The notes below the pieces were generated by a model, which saw only the letters and a list, made by a program, of their open reading frames with translations, had not been told where the DNA came from and searched no databases. This document shows positions 17,303 to 28,630 of a stretch of DNA of 32,000 nt, piece after piece. How positions within the stretch are numbered: the stretch's first letter is position 1; the number at the start of each line of letters is the position of its first letter. The position numbers were made by a program, and so were the translations under genes. Location of the stretch: the NCBI RefSeq assembly GCF_059817305.1, contig NZ_CM187540.1, one strand, 5' to 3'.

Positions 17303-18121
17303 GTGAAACTGACAACACATCATCTACGGGTGGGGGCCTCATTATTGCTGGCAGGAATTCTGCTGGCAGGTTGCGACCAGAGCAACAGCGATGAAAAGCA
17401 CATTAAAGTGGGCGTTATTAATGGCGCAGAACAAGATGTCGCGGAAGTCGCTAAAAAGGTGGCAAAAGAGAAGTATGGCCTCGATGTTGAACTGGTAGGA
17501 TTTAGCGGTTCGTTGCTACCGAACGATGCGACAAATCATGGCGAGCTTGATGCGAACGTCTTCCAGCATCGCCCCTTTCTTGAACAAGATAATCAGGCGC
17601 ATGGTTATAAACTGGTAGCGGTGGGAAATACGTTTGTCTTCCCCATGGCGGGTTATTCCAAAAAAATCAAAACCGTGGCGCAAATAAAAGAAGGCGCGAC
17701 AGTGGCGATCCCCAACGACCCGACCAACCTTGGTCGCGCGCTTTTACTGTTGCAAAAAGAGAAGCTAATTACTCTGAAAGAGGGAAAAGGGTTACTACCT
17801 ACCGCGCTGGATATAACCGAGAATCCTCGTCATTTGCAGATTATGGAACTCGAGGGGGCACAGCTCCCGCGCGTACTGGATGATCCCAAAGTTGATGTGG
17901 CGATTATCAGCACCACTTACATTCAGCAGACCGGGCTTTCTCCGGTGCACGACAGCGTATTTATTGAAGATAAGAATTCGCCGTATGTGAATATTCTGGT
18001 GGCACGGGAAGATAATAAGAATGCAGAAAACGTGAAGGAATTTCTGCAATCTTATCAATCGCCCGAAGTCGCTAAAGCGGCAGAAACCATCTTTAACGGT
18101 GGCGCGGTGCCTGGCTGGTAA
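17303..18121 (+). CDS. nlpA: Lipoprotein NlpA (MetQ/NlpA-family substrate-binding lipoprotein)
   Basis: 272 aa with lipobox LLAGC (ASLLLAGILLAGCDQ) and NlpA-family sequence HIKVGVINGAEQDVAEVAKKVAKEKYGLDVELVGFSG. GTG start codon at 17303. Confidence 0.96.
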   Translation: MKLTTHHLRVGASLLLAGILLAGCDQSNSDEKHIKVGVINGAEQDVAEVAKKVAKEKYGLDVELVGFSGSLLPNDATNHGELDANVFQHRPFLEQDNQAHGYKLVAVGNTFVFPMAGYSKKIKTVAQIKEGATVAIPNDPTNLGRALLLLQKEKLITLKEGKGLLPTALDITENPRHLQIMELEGAQLPRVLDDPKVDVAIISTTYIQQTGLSPVHDSVFIEDKNSPYVNILVAREDNKNAENVKEFLQSYQSPEVAKAAETIFNGGAVPGW

Positions 18122-18124
18122 TTC

Positions 18125-19048
18125 TCACTCATGCCGCGCCGGACGATTTATTTTTCTGGCGCGGCGACGAGAATCCATTGAAATCAAAATCACCGATGAC
18201 AGAATCAGCAGCGTTCCCAGCCAGTCCGGCAATGTGAACGTGATCCCCAGCAACAGCAAAGAGAGCAGCGCGCTACTTAATGGTTCTGCACAGCTCAGAA
18301 TGCTGGCTTTTGGCCCGCCAATGAGCTGTGCGCCTTTCAGATATAGACTAAAGGTTAGCGAAGTTCCGATTACCACCAGATAGAAAAACGCCAGAATCAG
18401 GCTGCCATTAACCACGAAGTTTGTTCCTTGCCCGGCATAGAAGGGCAGCAGGATCAGACCACCGATCAGCATACTCCAGCCGACGACCGGTAACGTGCCA
18501 TAGCGGGCAATCAGCGTTGAGGGATAGGTGGTATAGAATGCAGCAGCAAATGCCGAGGCAATGCCCCAGAATAACGCGGCCGGAGAGATCGATAATGACG
18601 TCGGATTACCGTGTGTCACCAATAAAAAAGTCCCGATCAGCGATGTCAAAATAGCGCAGAAAACCAGAATGCCCGGGCGAGATTTACGCACCAGTGAGAA
18701 CCAGGCGACGATAATCGTCGGTGAGAGGAATTGCAGCACCGTTGCCGTGGCAGCATTCGATTTTTCAATGGTTAGTAAAAAAGTGAGCTGTACGGTTAGC
18801 GCACCAACCACGGAAAAAATCAGCAGACTAATGGCATCTTTGTGATTGTTAATAATAGAAAAGATTTTATCGCCATGCACAAATGACAGCGTCAGCAGAA
18901 TCAAACCGGCGAATATCAAACGCGTCATAGTCAAAAACTGCGACGACATCTGGCTTTGCTCCATGATGTATTGCGCGCAGACCCCTGAACTTCCCCACAA
19001 CACGGCGGCAATCAGAACGTTCAGCATCCCCTTTCTGGTGGAACCCAT
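18125..19048 (-). CDS. yicL: EamA/DMT-family inner membrane transporter YicL
   Basis: 307 aa with multiple TM segments and EamA-type sequence [24 protein letters not shown]...; matches recalled E. coli YicL. Confidence 0.95.
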   Translation of the reverse strand: MGSTRKGMLNVLIAAVLWGSSGVCAQYIMEQSQMSSQFLTMTRLIFAGLILLTLSFVHGDKIFSIINNHKDAISLLIFSVVGALTVQLTFLLTIEKSNAATATVLQFLSPTIIVAWFSLVRKSRPGILVFCAILTSLIGTFLLVTHGNPTSLSISPAALFWGIASAFAAAFYTTYPSTLIARYGTLPVVGWSMLIGGLILLPFYAGQGTNFVVNGSLILAFFYLVVIGTSLTFSLYLKGAQLIGGPKASILSCAEPLSSALLSLLLLGITFTLPDWLGTLLILSSVILISMDSRRRARKINRPARHE

Positions 19049-19158
19049 TTTTCCCTCTGCATACTGTTTTGTCGTTTATGTATGCAGGCATGATAGCAAA
19101 AATGGCGAGGATGGCTCTGTTTGCGCCACGCCGATTTTTCTTAGCCCAGACAGGTGAG

Positions 19159-20343
19159 CTAAATATCTTTAATAAACAGCAGGCAAATCATCGCAATACC
19201 CAACATCCCTATCGCCAGCCAGAACAACGCGTGGTAGCTCCAGATTTCAACCATAATTCCGTCAACAGAGCCGGCGATAATCCAGCCGACGCGTGAAGTA
19301 TTTGCATATAACGTTGTCGCAGAGCCTATTTTTTCAGGCATCAGGTCCTGAAAATAAAGCATGCCGATACCACAGAGAATACCAAGGAAGATGGCATTTA
19401 GAATTTGCAATTCCAGCTCAACTGCCGGAGTCGCCGCCATGAGTACGCTGGCGTAAAAACACATTCCACTCACGATAGCAATGAGCATTAATAGCCGCTT
19501 GCCAATACGTTTCATGTAATAGCCTGCGATTAACATCATCGGAATTTCCAGACCGGCAGCAATACCAATCATTTCTCCAGCCAGTTTATCGGTTAGATGC
19601 AGTTCATCAATAATAAATAGCGGCATATTTATCATGTAGAGATTATTCGCCGCCCACATCATTGAACAAACCACGAAAAGTAGCCGTGTATCCCGCTTCC
19701 TATGGGTGGAGGGTAAAATTTCTACGGGTTGGGTAACGACAGGAATATTTCTTTGTATTGATGGCAAAAACAACCAGACTATCAGCCCGCAAACAACAAA
19801 TGCGATGGCTGCGGTGAGATACATCACTTTAAAACTAAATCCCATTGCCAGCTCATAAGCGAGCGGTGGCCCGATAACCCAGGCAAGCGAGATCTGAGCA
19901 CGTAAAAATGTACTGAACATTACCGTCTCACGGCCTGTTCTGTCGGCGTGTTCACGGGCGAGGGCGAACATTTGCGGGTTTGCGGTGGAAGCAAAACTAC
20001 TCAGAAGTACGCCCGTAGAGAGGAGAATGAAGTAGTTGCGATTCCACGCAAAAAGCGTGCAGGCCAGCACTCCAAATAAGCAACATAGCAGGATCAGTAA
20101 TTTACGGTCGCCTTGTTTATCGGAGTGTCTTGCCAGAAATTGACTGACAAGAATTCCCATAATAGCGCTACCGGTGAAGAAAAAACCTACCATTATAGGA
20201 CGGGCTTTCAGTTCATCTGCGAGGAATATACTTAGGGTAGGAGTCTGGAGAGCGCCCGCAATACCCGTCAGAAAGGCGACAAGTAAAAATGCCGCGGCAG
20301 TGAGATCAAGTATTTTTGATGGAGTGGTAGCCGTTTTTTGCAT
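19159..20343 (-). CDS. setC: MFS sugar efflux transporter SetC
   Basis: 394 aa; sequence MQKTATTPSKILDLTAAAFLLVAFLTGIAGALQTPTLSIFLADELKARPIMVGFFFTGSAIMG... recognised as SetC (YicK). Confidence 0.95.
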   Translation of the reverse strand: MQKTATTPSKILDLTAAAFLLVAFLTGIAGALQTPTLSIFLADELKARPIMVGFFFTGSAIMGILVSQFLARHSDKQGDRKLLILLCCLFGVLACTLFAWNRNYFILLSTGVLLSSFASTANPQMFALAREHADRTGRETVMFSTFLRAQISLAWVIGPPLAYELAMGFSFKVMYLTAAIAFVVCGLIVWLFLPSIQRNIPVVTQPVEILPSTHRKRDTRLLFVVCSMMWAANNLYMINMPLFIIDELHLTDKLAGEMIGIAAGLEIPMMLIAGYYMKRIGKRLLMLIAIVSGMCFYASVLMAATPAVELELQILNAIFLGILCGIGMLYFQDLMPEKIGSATTLYANTSRVGWIIAGSVDGIMVEIWSYHALFWLAIGMLGIAMICLLFIKDI

Positions 20344-20730
20344 TCTTCTGAATCACCGGGCGACAAAATATAACTGAGTTACAAATAAGTACCAGTCGAA
20401 TGAGTATTGTATTAAGAATTTTTGAGTGTCGCTGATACAACCAGAAAGCAATGCTAGCGCAATATTATAGGGCCAGCAATTGAGATTATTAGCAAAAGCA
20501 TGTTAAGAATTAATCACCGAATTTATATATTAATTATAGTAAGGCAATGAGCTATTTTTGATAGTAAAAATAAAACAAGTTGATTTGATATATTAAATGA
20601 AAAAATTAATCTTGATGACAGTCTGATTATTGGTGAAGTTTACAGGTCAGTTTTTTTCGCCAGCTGTTAAAGGAATAGAATCGTCGTATAAAAAAGGGTG
20701 TTATGGAGCGTGTAAAACAATATCTTCACC

Positions 20731-20925
20731 TTAATGGCGATACAGTTGGCTGAGAGCCAGCAGGGGGCAAATCACCTGCAAATAAACACGGCACATGCTG
20801 GCGCGCATATCGCGGATGCGTTCGAGGACAGAAGAACCGACAGGCGGATTCTTCAGTCGCTCATCGTCCATCACAAAACTTTTGATCAGGTATTCCTGAA
20901 GCCGATTGAATATTGAGCAGATAGA
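20731..20925 (-). pseudogene. Short relic resembling the middle of RhuM-family proteins
   Basis: Minus-strand translation [46 protein letters not shown] resembles the RhuM-family stretch ...LVKGFVMDDERLKNPPVG..(F)DELLERIRDIRASERR.Y..V... (recalled). Both ends and a short internal segment appear missing. Confidence 0.5.
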
Positions 20926-20980
20926 AAATCTCTGGAATGACAGTATTACAAGGGGTTGGAGAATGTCAGAAGAGGCTAAT

Positions 20981-21075
20981 TGGCGGAAGATCACAGGAGT
21001 CGAACCTGCCCGGGACCGCTGGCGGCCCCAACTGGATTTGAAGTCCAGCCGCCTCACCGGAGACGACGATCTTCC
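20981..21075 (-). tRNA. selC: Selenocysteine tRNA (tRNA-Sec, anticodon UCA)
   Basis: The reverse complement GGAAGATCGTCGTCTCCGGTGAGGCGGCTGGACTTCAAATCCAGTTGGGGCCGCCAGCGGTCCCGGGCAGGTTCGACTCCTGTGATCTTCCGCCA is the 95-nt E. coli selC sequence, with encoded CCA. Confidence 0.99.
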
Positions 21076-21106
21076 GCGCCTCGATTGCTACATGGAGGCG
21101 GGGCGC

Positions 21107-21112
21107 ATTATA
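21107..21112 (-). promoter_or_regulatory. Candidate -10 element of the selC promoter
   Basis: Minus strand reads GCTATAATGCGCCCCGCC: a perfect TATAAT followed by a GC-rich discriminator, 5' of selC. No convincing -35 consensus was found at 16-18 nt. Confidence 0.5.
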
Positions 21113-21367
21113 GCTACTTCCTTGAGTTTCTACATCCCCCAGATCAGTTTTTTCCGCCTAATACACGCAGCGTATTATCACGAAAGCATTATAGTTCATA
21201 TAAAACCCATATTTTACAATGATATATGAGCGAAATTAACGCTACCACGATCACATAAAACAAGAATCATAAATTAATAACCAGATATCGGAATATTCGC
21301 TCTCACAGGGATGGTTTACAAAATGCGTTATCGGTCTCAGCACCCCTATAGCATCAAGGAAAAGCAG

Positions 21368-22750
21368 ATGAAGAGTGAAGTGTTGTCCGTTAAAGAGAAA
21401 ATTGGTTATGGCATGGGAGACGCCGCCAGCCACATTATTTTCGATAACGTAATGTTATATATGATGTTCTTTTATACCGATATTTTTGGCATACCTGCCG
21501 GATTTGTCGGAACCATGTTTTTGGTCGCTCGTGCACTGGATGCGATTTCCGATCCTTGCATGGGGTTGTTGGCCGATCGAACGCGCTCTCGCTGGGGTAA
21601 ATTTCGTCCGTGGGTACTGTTTGGCGCACTGCCATTTGGGATCGTCTGTGTACTGGCCTATAGCACGCCAGATCTCAGTATGAACGGAAAAATGATTTAT
21701 GCAGCAATTACTTACACCCTACTTACCTTACTTTATACCATCGTTAATATCCCTTACTGCGCATTGGGTGGTGTAATCACCAATGACCCGACTCAGCGTA
21801 TCTCGCTGCAATCCTGGCGTTTTGTGCTGGCGACCGCGGGAGGCATGCTCTCTACTGTGCTGATGATGCCGCTGGTTAATTTAATTGGTGGTGATAATAA
21901 ACCACTCGGTTTCCAGGGCGGTATCGCGGTCCTTTCCGTGGTGGCATTTATGATGCTGGCATTTTGTTTCTTCACCACTAAAGAACGCGTTGAAGCACCA
22001 CCTACAACGACGTCTATGCGGGAAGATTTACGTGATATCTGGCAAAACGACCAGTGGCGGATTGTCGGTTTACTAACCATTTTCAATATCCTGGCGGTGT
22101 GCGTACGCGGTGGAGCGATGATGTATTACGTCACATGGATTTTGGGTACGCCGGAAGTGTTTGTCGCTTTTCTCACCACTTATTGCGTGGGTAACCTGAT
22201 TGGTTCCGCACTGGCAAAACCGCTGACCGACTGGAAATGTAAAGTCACTATCTTCTGGTGGACGAACGCCCTGCTGGCAGTGATTAGCCTCGCGATGTTC
22301 TTTGTTCCTATGCAGGCCAGCATCACCATGTTTGTCTTCATCTTCGTGATTGGTGTGTTGCATCAACTAGTGACACCTATCCAGTGGGTAATGATGTCCG
22401 ATACCGTCGACTACGGCGAGTGGTGCAATGGTAAACGCCTGACCGGGATCAGTTTTGCTGGCACGCTGTTTGTGCTCAAACTGGGGTTGGCCTTCGGCGG
22501 CGCTCTTATCGGCTGGATGCTGGCTTATGGCGGATATGATGCGGCAGAAAAAGCGCAGAACAGCGCCACGATTAGCATCATTATTGCGCTATTCACGATT
22601 GTTCCGGCGATCTGTTATTTGCTGAGCGCGATTATCGCTAAACGCTACTACTCACTCACGACGCACAATCTGAAAACCGTTATGGAACAGCTGGCCCAGG
22701 GCAAACGCCGTTGCCAGCAACAATTCACCTCTCAAGAAGTGCAGAACTAA
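21368..22750 (+). CDS. yicJ: GPH-family (glycoside-pentoside-hexuronide:cation symporter) transporter YicJ
   Basis: 460 aa from the internal ATG at 21368 (MKSEVLSVKEKIGYGMGDAASHIIFDNVMLYMMFFYTDIFG...), followed directly by yicI. Confidence 0.95.
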   Translation: MKSEVLSVKEKIGYGMGDAASHIIFDNVMLYMMFFYTDIFGIPAGFVGTMFLVARALDAISDPCMGLLADRTRSRWGKFRPWVLFGALPFGIVCVLAYSTPDLSMNGKMIYAAITYTLLTLLYTIVNIPYCALGGVITNDPTQRISLQSWRFVLATAGGMLSTVLMMPLVNLIGGDNKPLGFQGGIAVLSVVAFMMLAFCFFTTKERVEAPPTTTSMREDLRDIWQNDQWRIVGLLTIFNILAVCVRGGAMMYYVTWILGTPEVFVAFLTTYCVGNLIGSALAKPLTDWKCKVTIFWWTNALLAVISLAMFFVPMQASITMFVFIFVIGVLHQLVTPIQWVMMSDTVDYGEWCNGKRLTGISFAGTLFVLKLGLAFGGALIGWMLAYGGYDAAEKAQNSATISIIIALFTIVPAICYLLSAIIAKRYYSLTTHNLKTVMEQLAQGKRRCQQQFTSQEVQN

Positions 22751-22759
22751 GGAACGGCA

Positions 22760-25078
22760 ATGAAAATTAGCGATGGAAACTGGTTGATTCAACCTGGCCT
22801 CAATTTGATTCACCCGCTTCAGGTGTTCGAGGTTGAACAGCAGGGTAATGAAATGGTGGTCTATGCTGCCCCCCGTGATGTGCGTGAACGAACCTGGCAG
22901 CTTGATACGCCTTTATTTACGCTGCGCTTTTTCTCCCCACAGGAAGGTATTGTCGGTGTACGGATTGAGCATTTTCAGGGGGCGCTGAATAACGGTCCTC
23001 ATTATCCGCTCAATATTTTGCAGGACGTGAAGGTCACAATCGAAAACACAGAACGTTACGCTGAGTTTAAAAGTGGCAACTTAAGCGCGCGTGTCAGCAA
23101 AGGTGAGTTCTGGTCACTGGATTTTCTGCGCAACGGCGAACGTATTACCGGTAGTCAGGTGAAAAATAATGGCTACGTGCAGGACACGAATAATCAACGA
23201 AATTATATGTTTGAGCGGCTGGATCTTGGCGTTGGCGAAACAGTTTACGGTCTGGGTGAGCGCTTTACTGCCCTGGTGCGCAATGGCCAGACGGTAGAGA
23301 CCTGGAACCGGGACGGCGGCACAAGTACTGAACAGGCGTATAAAAATATCCCGTTCTATATGACTAACCGTGGTTATGGGGTACTGGTCAATCATCCTCA
23401 ATGCGTCTCTTTTGAAGTGGGAGCGGAGAAAGTCTCCAAAGTGCAGTTCAGCGTTGAGAGTGAATATCTCGAATACTTTGTTATCGACGGCCCGACGCCG
23501 AAAGCGGTACTTGATCGTTATACCCGTTTTACTGGTCGTCCGGCGCTGCCGCCCGCGTGGTCCTTCGGTCTGTGGCTAACCACTTCATTTACCACCAACT
23601 ACGACGAAGCGACGGTAAACAGCTTTATCGATGGTATGGCGGAACGCAATCTGCCACTGCATGTTTTCCACTTTGACTGTTTCTGGATGAAAGCCTTCCA
23701 GTGGTGCGATTTTGAGTGGGACCCGCTGACTTTCCCGGACCCGGAAGGGATGATCCGCCGCCTGAAAGCGAAAGGGCTGAAAATCTGCGTCTGGATTAAC
23801 CCCTATATCGGGCAAAAATCCCCTGTCTTTAAAGAGTTACAAGAGAAAGGCTATTTACTCAAACGCCCGGACGGTTCGCTGTGGCAGTGGGATAAATGGC
23901 AGCCAGGTCTGGCGATTTATGACTTTACCAATCCGGATGCCTGCAAATGGTACGCCGACAAACTGAAAGGTCTGGTCGCGATGGGCGTTGATTGCTTTAA
24001 GACTGACTTTGGCGAACGTATTCCAACCGATGTTCAATGGTTTGACGGTTCCGATCCGCAGAAAATGCATAACCATTATGCGTACATCTACAACGAACTG
24101 GTGTGGAACGTGCTCAAGGAAACCGTTGGCCAGGAAGAAGCCGTCTTGTTTGCTCGCTCGGCCTCCGTTGGTGCGCAGAAATTCCCGGTACACTGGGGTG
24201 GCGACTGTTACGCTAACTACGAATCAATGGCGGAAAGCCTGCGCGGTGGTTTGTCTATTGGCCTTTCAGGTTTTGGCTTCTGGAGCCACGATATCGGCGG
24301 CTTTGAGAATACCGCTCCGGCGCACGTTTACAAACGCTGGTGCGCGTTTGGTTTGCTCTCCAGCCATAGCCGTTTACATGGCAGCAAATCTTATCGTGTG
24401 CCGTGGGCCTATGATGATGAGTCCTGTGATGTGGTGCGCTTCTTCACGCAACTGAAATGCCGCATGATGCCGTATCTGTATCGTGAAGCTGCTCGTGCGA
24501 ACGCGCGGGGTACGCCGATGATGCGGGCCATGATGATGGAGTTCCCGGACGATCCGGCTTGTGATTACCTTGACCGTCAATACATGTTAGGCGACAACGT
24601 GATGGTTGCTCCGGTGTTCACTGAAGCGGGCGATGTGCAGTTCTACTTGCCGGAAGGTCGCTGGACACATCTGTGGCACAACGATGAACTCGATGGTAGT
24701 CGCTGGCATAAACAGCAGCACAGCTTCCTGAGTCTGCCCGTTTATGTGCGTGATAACACCCTACTGGCGCTGGGCAACAACGAGCAACGTCCCGATTACG
24801 CGTGGCACGAAGGCACGGCATTCCATCTCTTTAATCTGCAAGACGGGCATGAAGCTCTTTGTGAAGTGCCCGCTGCTGACGGTTCGGTGATCTTTACTCT
24901 AAAAGCAACACGTACTGGTAACACGATTACTGTGACTGGTGCGGGCGAGGCGAAGAACTGGACACTGTGCTTGCGCAATGTTGTGAAAGTAAATGGTCTG
25001 CAAGGCGGTTCGCAGGCTGAAAGTGAGCAGGGGCTGGTGGTGACGCCTCAAGGGAATGCGCTGACAATTACGTTGTAA
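22760..25078 (+). CDS. yicI: Alpha-xylosidase YicI, glycoside hydrolase family 31
   Basis: 772 aa with GH31 motifs [22 protein letters not shown] and HDIGGFE; overall sequence matches recalled E. coli YicI. Confidence 0.97.
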   Translation: MKISDGNWLIQPGLNLIHPLQVFEVEQQGNEMVVYAAPRDVRERTWQLDTPLFTLRFFSPQEGIVGVRIEHFQGALNNGPHYPLNILQDVKVTIENTERYAEFKSGNLSARVSKGEFWSLDFLRNGERITGSQVKNNGYVQDTNNQRNYMFERLDLGVGETVYGLGERFTALVRNGQTVETWNRDGGTSTEQAYKNIPFYMTNRGYGVLVNHPQCVSFEVGAEKVSKVQFSVESEYLEYFVIDGPTPKAVLDRYTRFTGRPALPPAWSFGLWLTTSFTTNYDEATVNSFIDGMAERNLPLHVFHFDCFWMKAFQWCDFEWDPLTFPDPEGMIRRLKAKGLKICVWINPYIGQKSPVFKELQEKGYLLKRPDGSLWQWDKWQPGLAIYDFTNPDACKWYADKLKGLVAMGVDCFKTDFGERIPTDVQWFDGSDPQKMHNHYAYIYNELVWNVLKETVGQEEAVLFARSASVGAQKFPVHWGGDCYANYESMAESLRGGLSIGLSGFGFWSHDIGGFENTAPAHVYKRWCAFGLLSSHSRLHGSKSYRVPWAYDDESCDVVRFFTQLKCRMMPYLYREAARANARGTPMMRAMMMEFPDDPACDYLDRQYMLGDNVMVAPVFTEAGDVQFYLPEGRWTHLWHNDELDGSRWHKQQHSFLSLPVYVRDNTLLALGNNEQRPDYAWHEGTAFHLFNLQDGHEALCEVPAADGSVIFTLKATRTGNTITVTGAGEAKNWTLCLRNVVKVNGLQGGSQAESEQGLVVTPQGNALTITL

Positions 25079-25092
25079 TCTATTGACGGAAT

Positions 25093-25119
25093 GCCGGGTA
25101 CGTCTGAGTCGTACCCGGC
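25093..25119. terminator. Hairpin between convergent yicI and yicH (terminator or REP-like element)
   Basis: Perfect 10-bp inverted repeat GCCGGGTACG-tctgagt-CGTACCCGGC in the short gap between convergent stops. Confidence 0.6.
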
Positions 25120-25130
25120 GAGATTGATTT

Positions 25131-26840
25131 TTACTGCACCGGCTCCGTCGACGTAACTTCACCACTGGAAACGACGCCCGCATTCATGGTTTGAGTCACT
25201 TGCTGCTTTGCGGCGTTCACGGCATGGAGTTGCCCGCTAACCGTAGGTTTCAGCGGGATATTGGCCTGAATATCGCCGCTGGCGGTAAGCTGAATATTGC
25301 CGTCGCCAGTCAACGGTAATTCAGGCCATCCCCACTGTTGCAAAATATTCACCGGCACACCGCGTCCATTCAGGCTGATATGGGTCTGACGTTGTGGCGT
25401 TTGTGAAACACTGGCGGTGGCTTCCAGAATGCCTTTTTCAGTAAATGCACTCAGTTCGCTGATATTCACCGTGCTGCTGTTGGCGGTCAGCGCCAGCGAT
25501 GGGCGACGAACATCAACACGATTGAATGTCGCGGCGGCGGCATTCAGATTCGCCGAACCACTCCAGACGCCCCATTTATGATCGGTAACCAGCGTCAGGT
25601 TGGCACCGTAACCATCGAGCGCGGTGAGCTGCCACGGGAAGTCAGGGTCGATATCAATGATCAGATTGCGGCTGGCGCTAAATCTCTTCAGTTGCAGGCT
25701 GTTTAACCAACCCGGTGTCGTTTCCATCCACAACTGTTGCCAGTTTTTTGGCAAGGTATATTCCAGTCCGGCAATTGCCGCATCATCAAGGATCAACGTT
25801 TTCCCGTTGCGCAGCCAGTTTCCGGACGTTCTGACCATGCCCCCTTCCCAGCGGCTGGTGAACTGGCGCAGCGCTACGCCCTGCGGGGAAAATTCCGCGT
25901 TTATAATCGGGTCAAATAAATGCAGCGAACCATAAATGAACTCGCTAGCGTTCATCGACAGTTTGCCTTCCTGTGTCTGCCAGTCATCTTTACTGAAGGT
26001 CATGTTGCGCAAGCTGAGATCGAGGTCGGTCACCGCCCAGTCCGGACCTTGCAGGCGAGCGTCGATGACTTCCAGGCGACCAATCTGCAACGACGGGACA
26101 GAGAGTAATGGCGCAAAGAAGTCGGTTAGCGATTTTTCGCTTTGTAGACGGATATCCGCCATGCGCAGATTTTCCACTTGCCAGCTGCCGTCGGCGTTAC
26201 GCTGCGCGTTTCCGGTTAATGTCCCGCGGGCGATGTCGGCACCCAGGTTAGTCAGCGTAACGCGATCGTTATCAATACTGCCTTCAATCAGTACATTGGT
26301 GGCAGGAACATCATTGAGCGAAAGCGATCCGGCACTAAACTGAATCTGCGCCTTCGTACCCAGCACTTTACCGGCTTCTGGTGACCACGGAACCACGCCG
26401 CCATTTACCCGCTGCGCGCTCAGTTTCCATTCGCTATTCGGGCTATTAAACGCCATATCACGCAGTTGCAGACGATCGGCTTTGAACGGTAGCGGCGCGG
26501 TCTGGTCGGTGAGATTCAGCGTCCCGTTTTCCAGCAGGATGGTATCGACATGGCGTGATTCGGTCAGTTGGCGACTGCTTAGCGCAATGTCGACACTTTT
26601 GGCCACCAGGGTCGCGGGCTGACCATCACGACCAAACGTGACGTTCTCCAGCACGATATGAGATGGCGCGGAAAAACGGTGATCCATCGCCCCGAAGGCC
26701 AGATGATAGTCACTATTTTCGGAAACCCATGCGCTGATATGTTCTGCTCCCCAGCGGGTTTGCAGAAGAAAATAGAGGCCAGCGATCACCACTAACAGAG
26801 CGATGAGAATGTAGAGAAGCAGCTTCCCAATAAATTTCAT
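25131..26840 (-). CDS. yicH: AsmA-family protein YicH
   Basis: 569 aa from the ATG at 26840 (MKFIGKLLLYILIALLVVIAGLYFLLQTRWGAEHISAWVSENSDYHLAFG...); N-terminal TM and AsmA-like repeats. Confidence 0.93.
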   Translation of the reverse strand: MKFIGKLLLYILIALLVVIAGLYFLLQTRWGAEHISAWVSENSDYHLAFGAMDHRFSAPSHIVLENVTFGRDGQPATLVAKSVDIALSSRQLTESRHVDTILLENGTLNLTDQTAPLPFKADRLQLRDMAFNSPNSEWKLSAQRVNGGVVPWSPEAGKVLGTKAQIQFSAGSLSLNDVPATNVLIEGSIDNDRVTLTNLGADIARGTLTGNAQRNADGSWQVENLRMADIRLQSEKSLTDFFAPLLSVPSLQIGRLEVIDARLQGPDWAVTDLDLSLRNMTFSKDDWQTQEGKLSMNASEFIYGSLHLFDPIINAEFSPQGVALRQFTSRWEGGMVRTSGNWLRNGKTLILDDAAIAGLEYTLPKNWQQLWMETTPGWLNSLQLKRFSASRNLIIDIDPDFPWQLTALDGYGANLTLVTDHKWGVWSGSANLNAAAATFNRVDVRRPSLALTANSSTVNISELSAFTEKGILEATASVSQTPQRQTHISLNGRGVPVNILQQWGWPELPLTGDGNIQLTASGDIQANIPLKPTVSGQLHAVNAAKQQVTQTMNAGVVSSGEVTSTEPVQ

Positions 26841-26960
26841 GGTCTTCCATCCCGTGAAATGCACATAAGGGAGTTATGCACGATTTACGCGCAATCCTCA
26901 AGGCGGGAATGGTGAAAGAGGTGAGACTGCGGCGGTAATTATCTTACCGCCGCCAGTGAA

Positions 26961-28352
26961 TTACTGTTTTTCTGGTGGGAAAATCAGATTCAGCACGATG
27001 GCAGTAATACCGCCCGCGGCGATCCCGGAGGAGAGCAGGTTTTTCAGCCATTCAGGGGCAAACTGCAAAATCAGCGGCTGCTGAGACACGCCCAGACCGA
27101 CCGCCAGCGACAGCGCGATAATCAGAATCGCCCGACGGTTCAGCGGCTCACGAGACACAATGCGCACACCGGAGGCGGCGATGGTGCCAAACATTACAAG
27201 CGTTGCGCCGCCCAGAACCGGTTCTGGAATATGTTGTACAAAACCGCTCACCGCCGGGAAGAGACCCAGCACGATCAACATCAGCGCGACGACAAAACCG
27301 ACATAGCGGCTGGCAACACCGGTCAACTGGATCACACCGTTGTTCTGCCCGAAGCAGGAGTTCGGGAAGGTGTTAAATACCGCCGAAACAAACGAGTTCA
27401 GGCCGTTTGCCAGCACGCCGCCTTTCAGGCGTTTCATGTACAGCGGACCGGACACTGGCTGTTCGGAAACGTCAGAGGTCGCCGTGATATCGCCAATGGT
27501 TTCCAGCGAAGTGATCATAAAGACCAGCATCAGCGGCAGCAGCAGACTCCATTCAATGCCAAGGCCGTAATAGAGCGGCGTTGGTACCATAATCAGTTCT
27601 TGCGTCATCGGTTCGTTGCTTTCTGGCAACATGCCCATAAACCACGCCAGCGCATATCCGGCCGCCATCGCAATCACCAGTGAGGCCACGCGCAAATATG
27701 GGTTACGTTGACGGTTAAGCAGGATAATTAAGGCTAAGACCACGCCTGCCAGCAACAGATTTTTCGGTGCGCCGAAGGTGTTATCGCTCATGGCTGCGTA
27801 ACCGCCGCCAATGGATGTTAGCCCCACCTGAATTAGCGACAGGCCGATAATCATCACCACAACGCCAGAAACCAGCGGCGTAATAATGCGGCGCGCCAGA
27901 TGCAGAACACGGGAGATCACCATCTCGGTGCAACTTGCCAGCATCAACGTGCCGAACAAAGCCGCCATCATGGTAGGAACATCAGCACCACCGGTTTTCA
28001 GCGCGGTACCGCCCATAATCAGCGGGGCAACAAAGTTGAAGCTGGTGCCCTGAATAGACAACAGCCCGGAGCCAACCGGACCCCAGGCCTTAATTTGAAT
28101 AATCGATGCCACACCGGAGGCAAACAGCGACATACTAATAATGTGTTGCGTGTCTTGTGCCGGTAAACCCAGCGCCTGGCAGATTAATAGCGCTGGCGTG
28201 ATCACCGCAACGAACATCGCCAGCAGATGCTGACAGGCGGCAAACAGAGTTTGAGGAAGCGGCGGACGATCTTCAAGACGGTAAATCAGTTCGCTGTTTT
28301 GAGTCTGCGCAACCGGTTGCGCATTTTCTGACTCGAGGGTGGAAACAGACAT
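26961..28352 (-). CDS. xanP: Xanthine:H+ symporter XanP (NCS2 family)
   Basis: 463 aa from the ATG at 28352 ([53 protein letters not shown]...); NCS2 motif [23 protein letters not shown]. Confidence 0.96.
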
Positions 28353-28630
28353 CGAAAACAATCCCGTGGTAGCAAAGCGGGCATTTTAGCTGACCGAAAG
28401 ATAAAAGCAAACGTTTGCCACATCCTCATCTAAATATTTAAATGAGATAAATGCACTTTTTTATATAACTTTTGGTATTTTTCTGCTTAAAATCCATGCC
28501 ATTTGTTCATTAACAGCTGAGAATTTGACCCAGGAAAGCATAACTCGATACCCGTCATAGTTCATAAGTTGCCACTGCGCGATGAAGTATGACGAGTATG
28601 AAAGAGTGATGCGGATACAAAGGAGTAACT

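Noticed and set aside
20731-21057. The 108-aa ORF as an intact gene
   Set aside because: Its 5' part is the antisense/overlap of the selC tRNA (20981..21075). Only the internal part resembles a known family, and both ends are missing.
20344-21300. An integrase gene or att direct repeat of the selC 3' end
   Set aside because: I looked for a second copy of the selC 3' end (GGTTCGACTCCTGTGATCTTCCGCCA) and for integrase motifs in the window and saw neither. Only the RhuM-like relic supports a past island.
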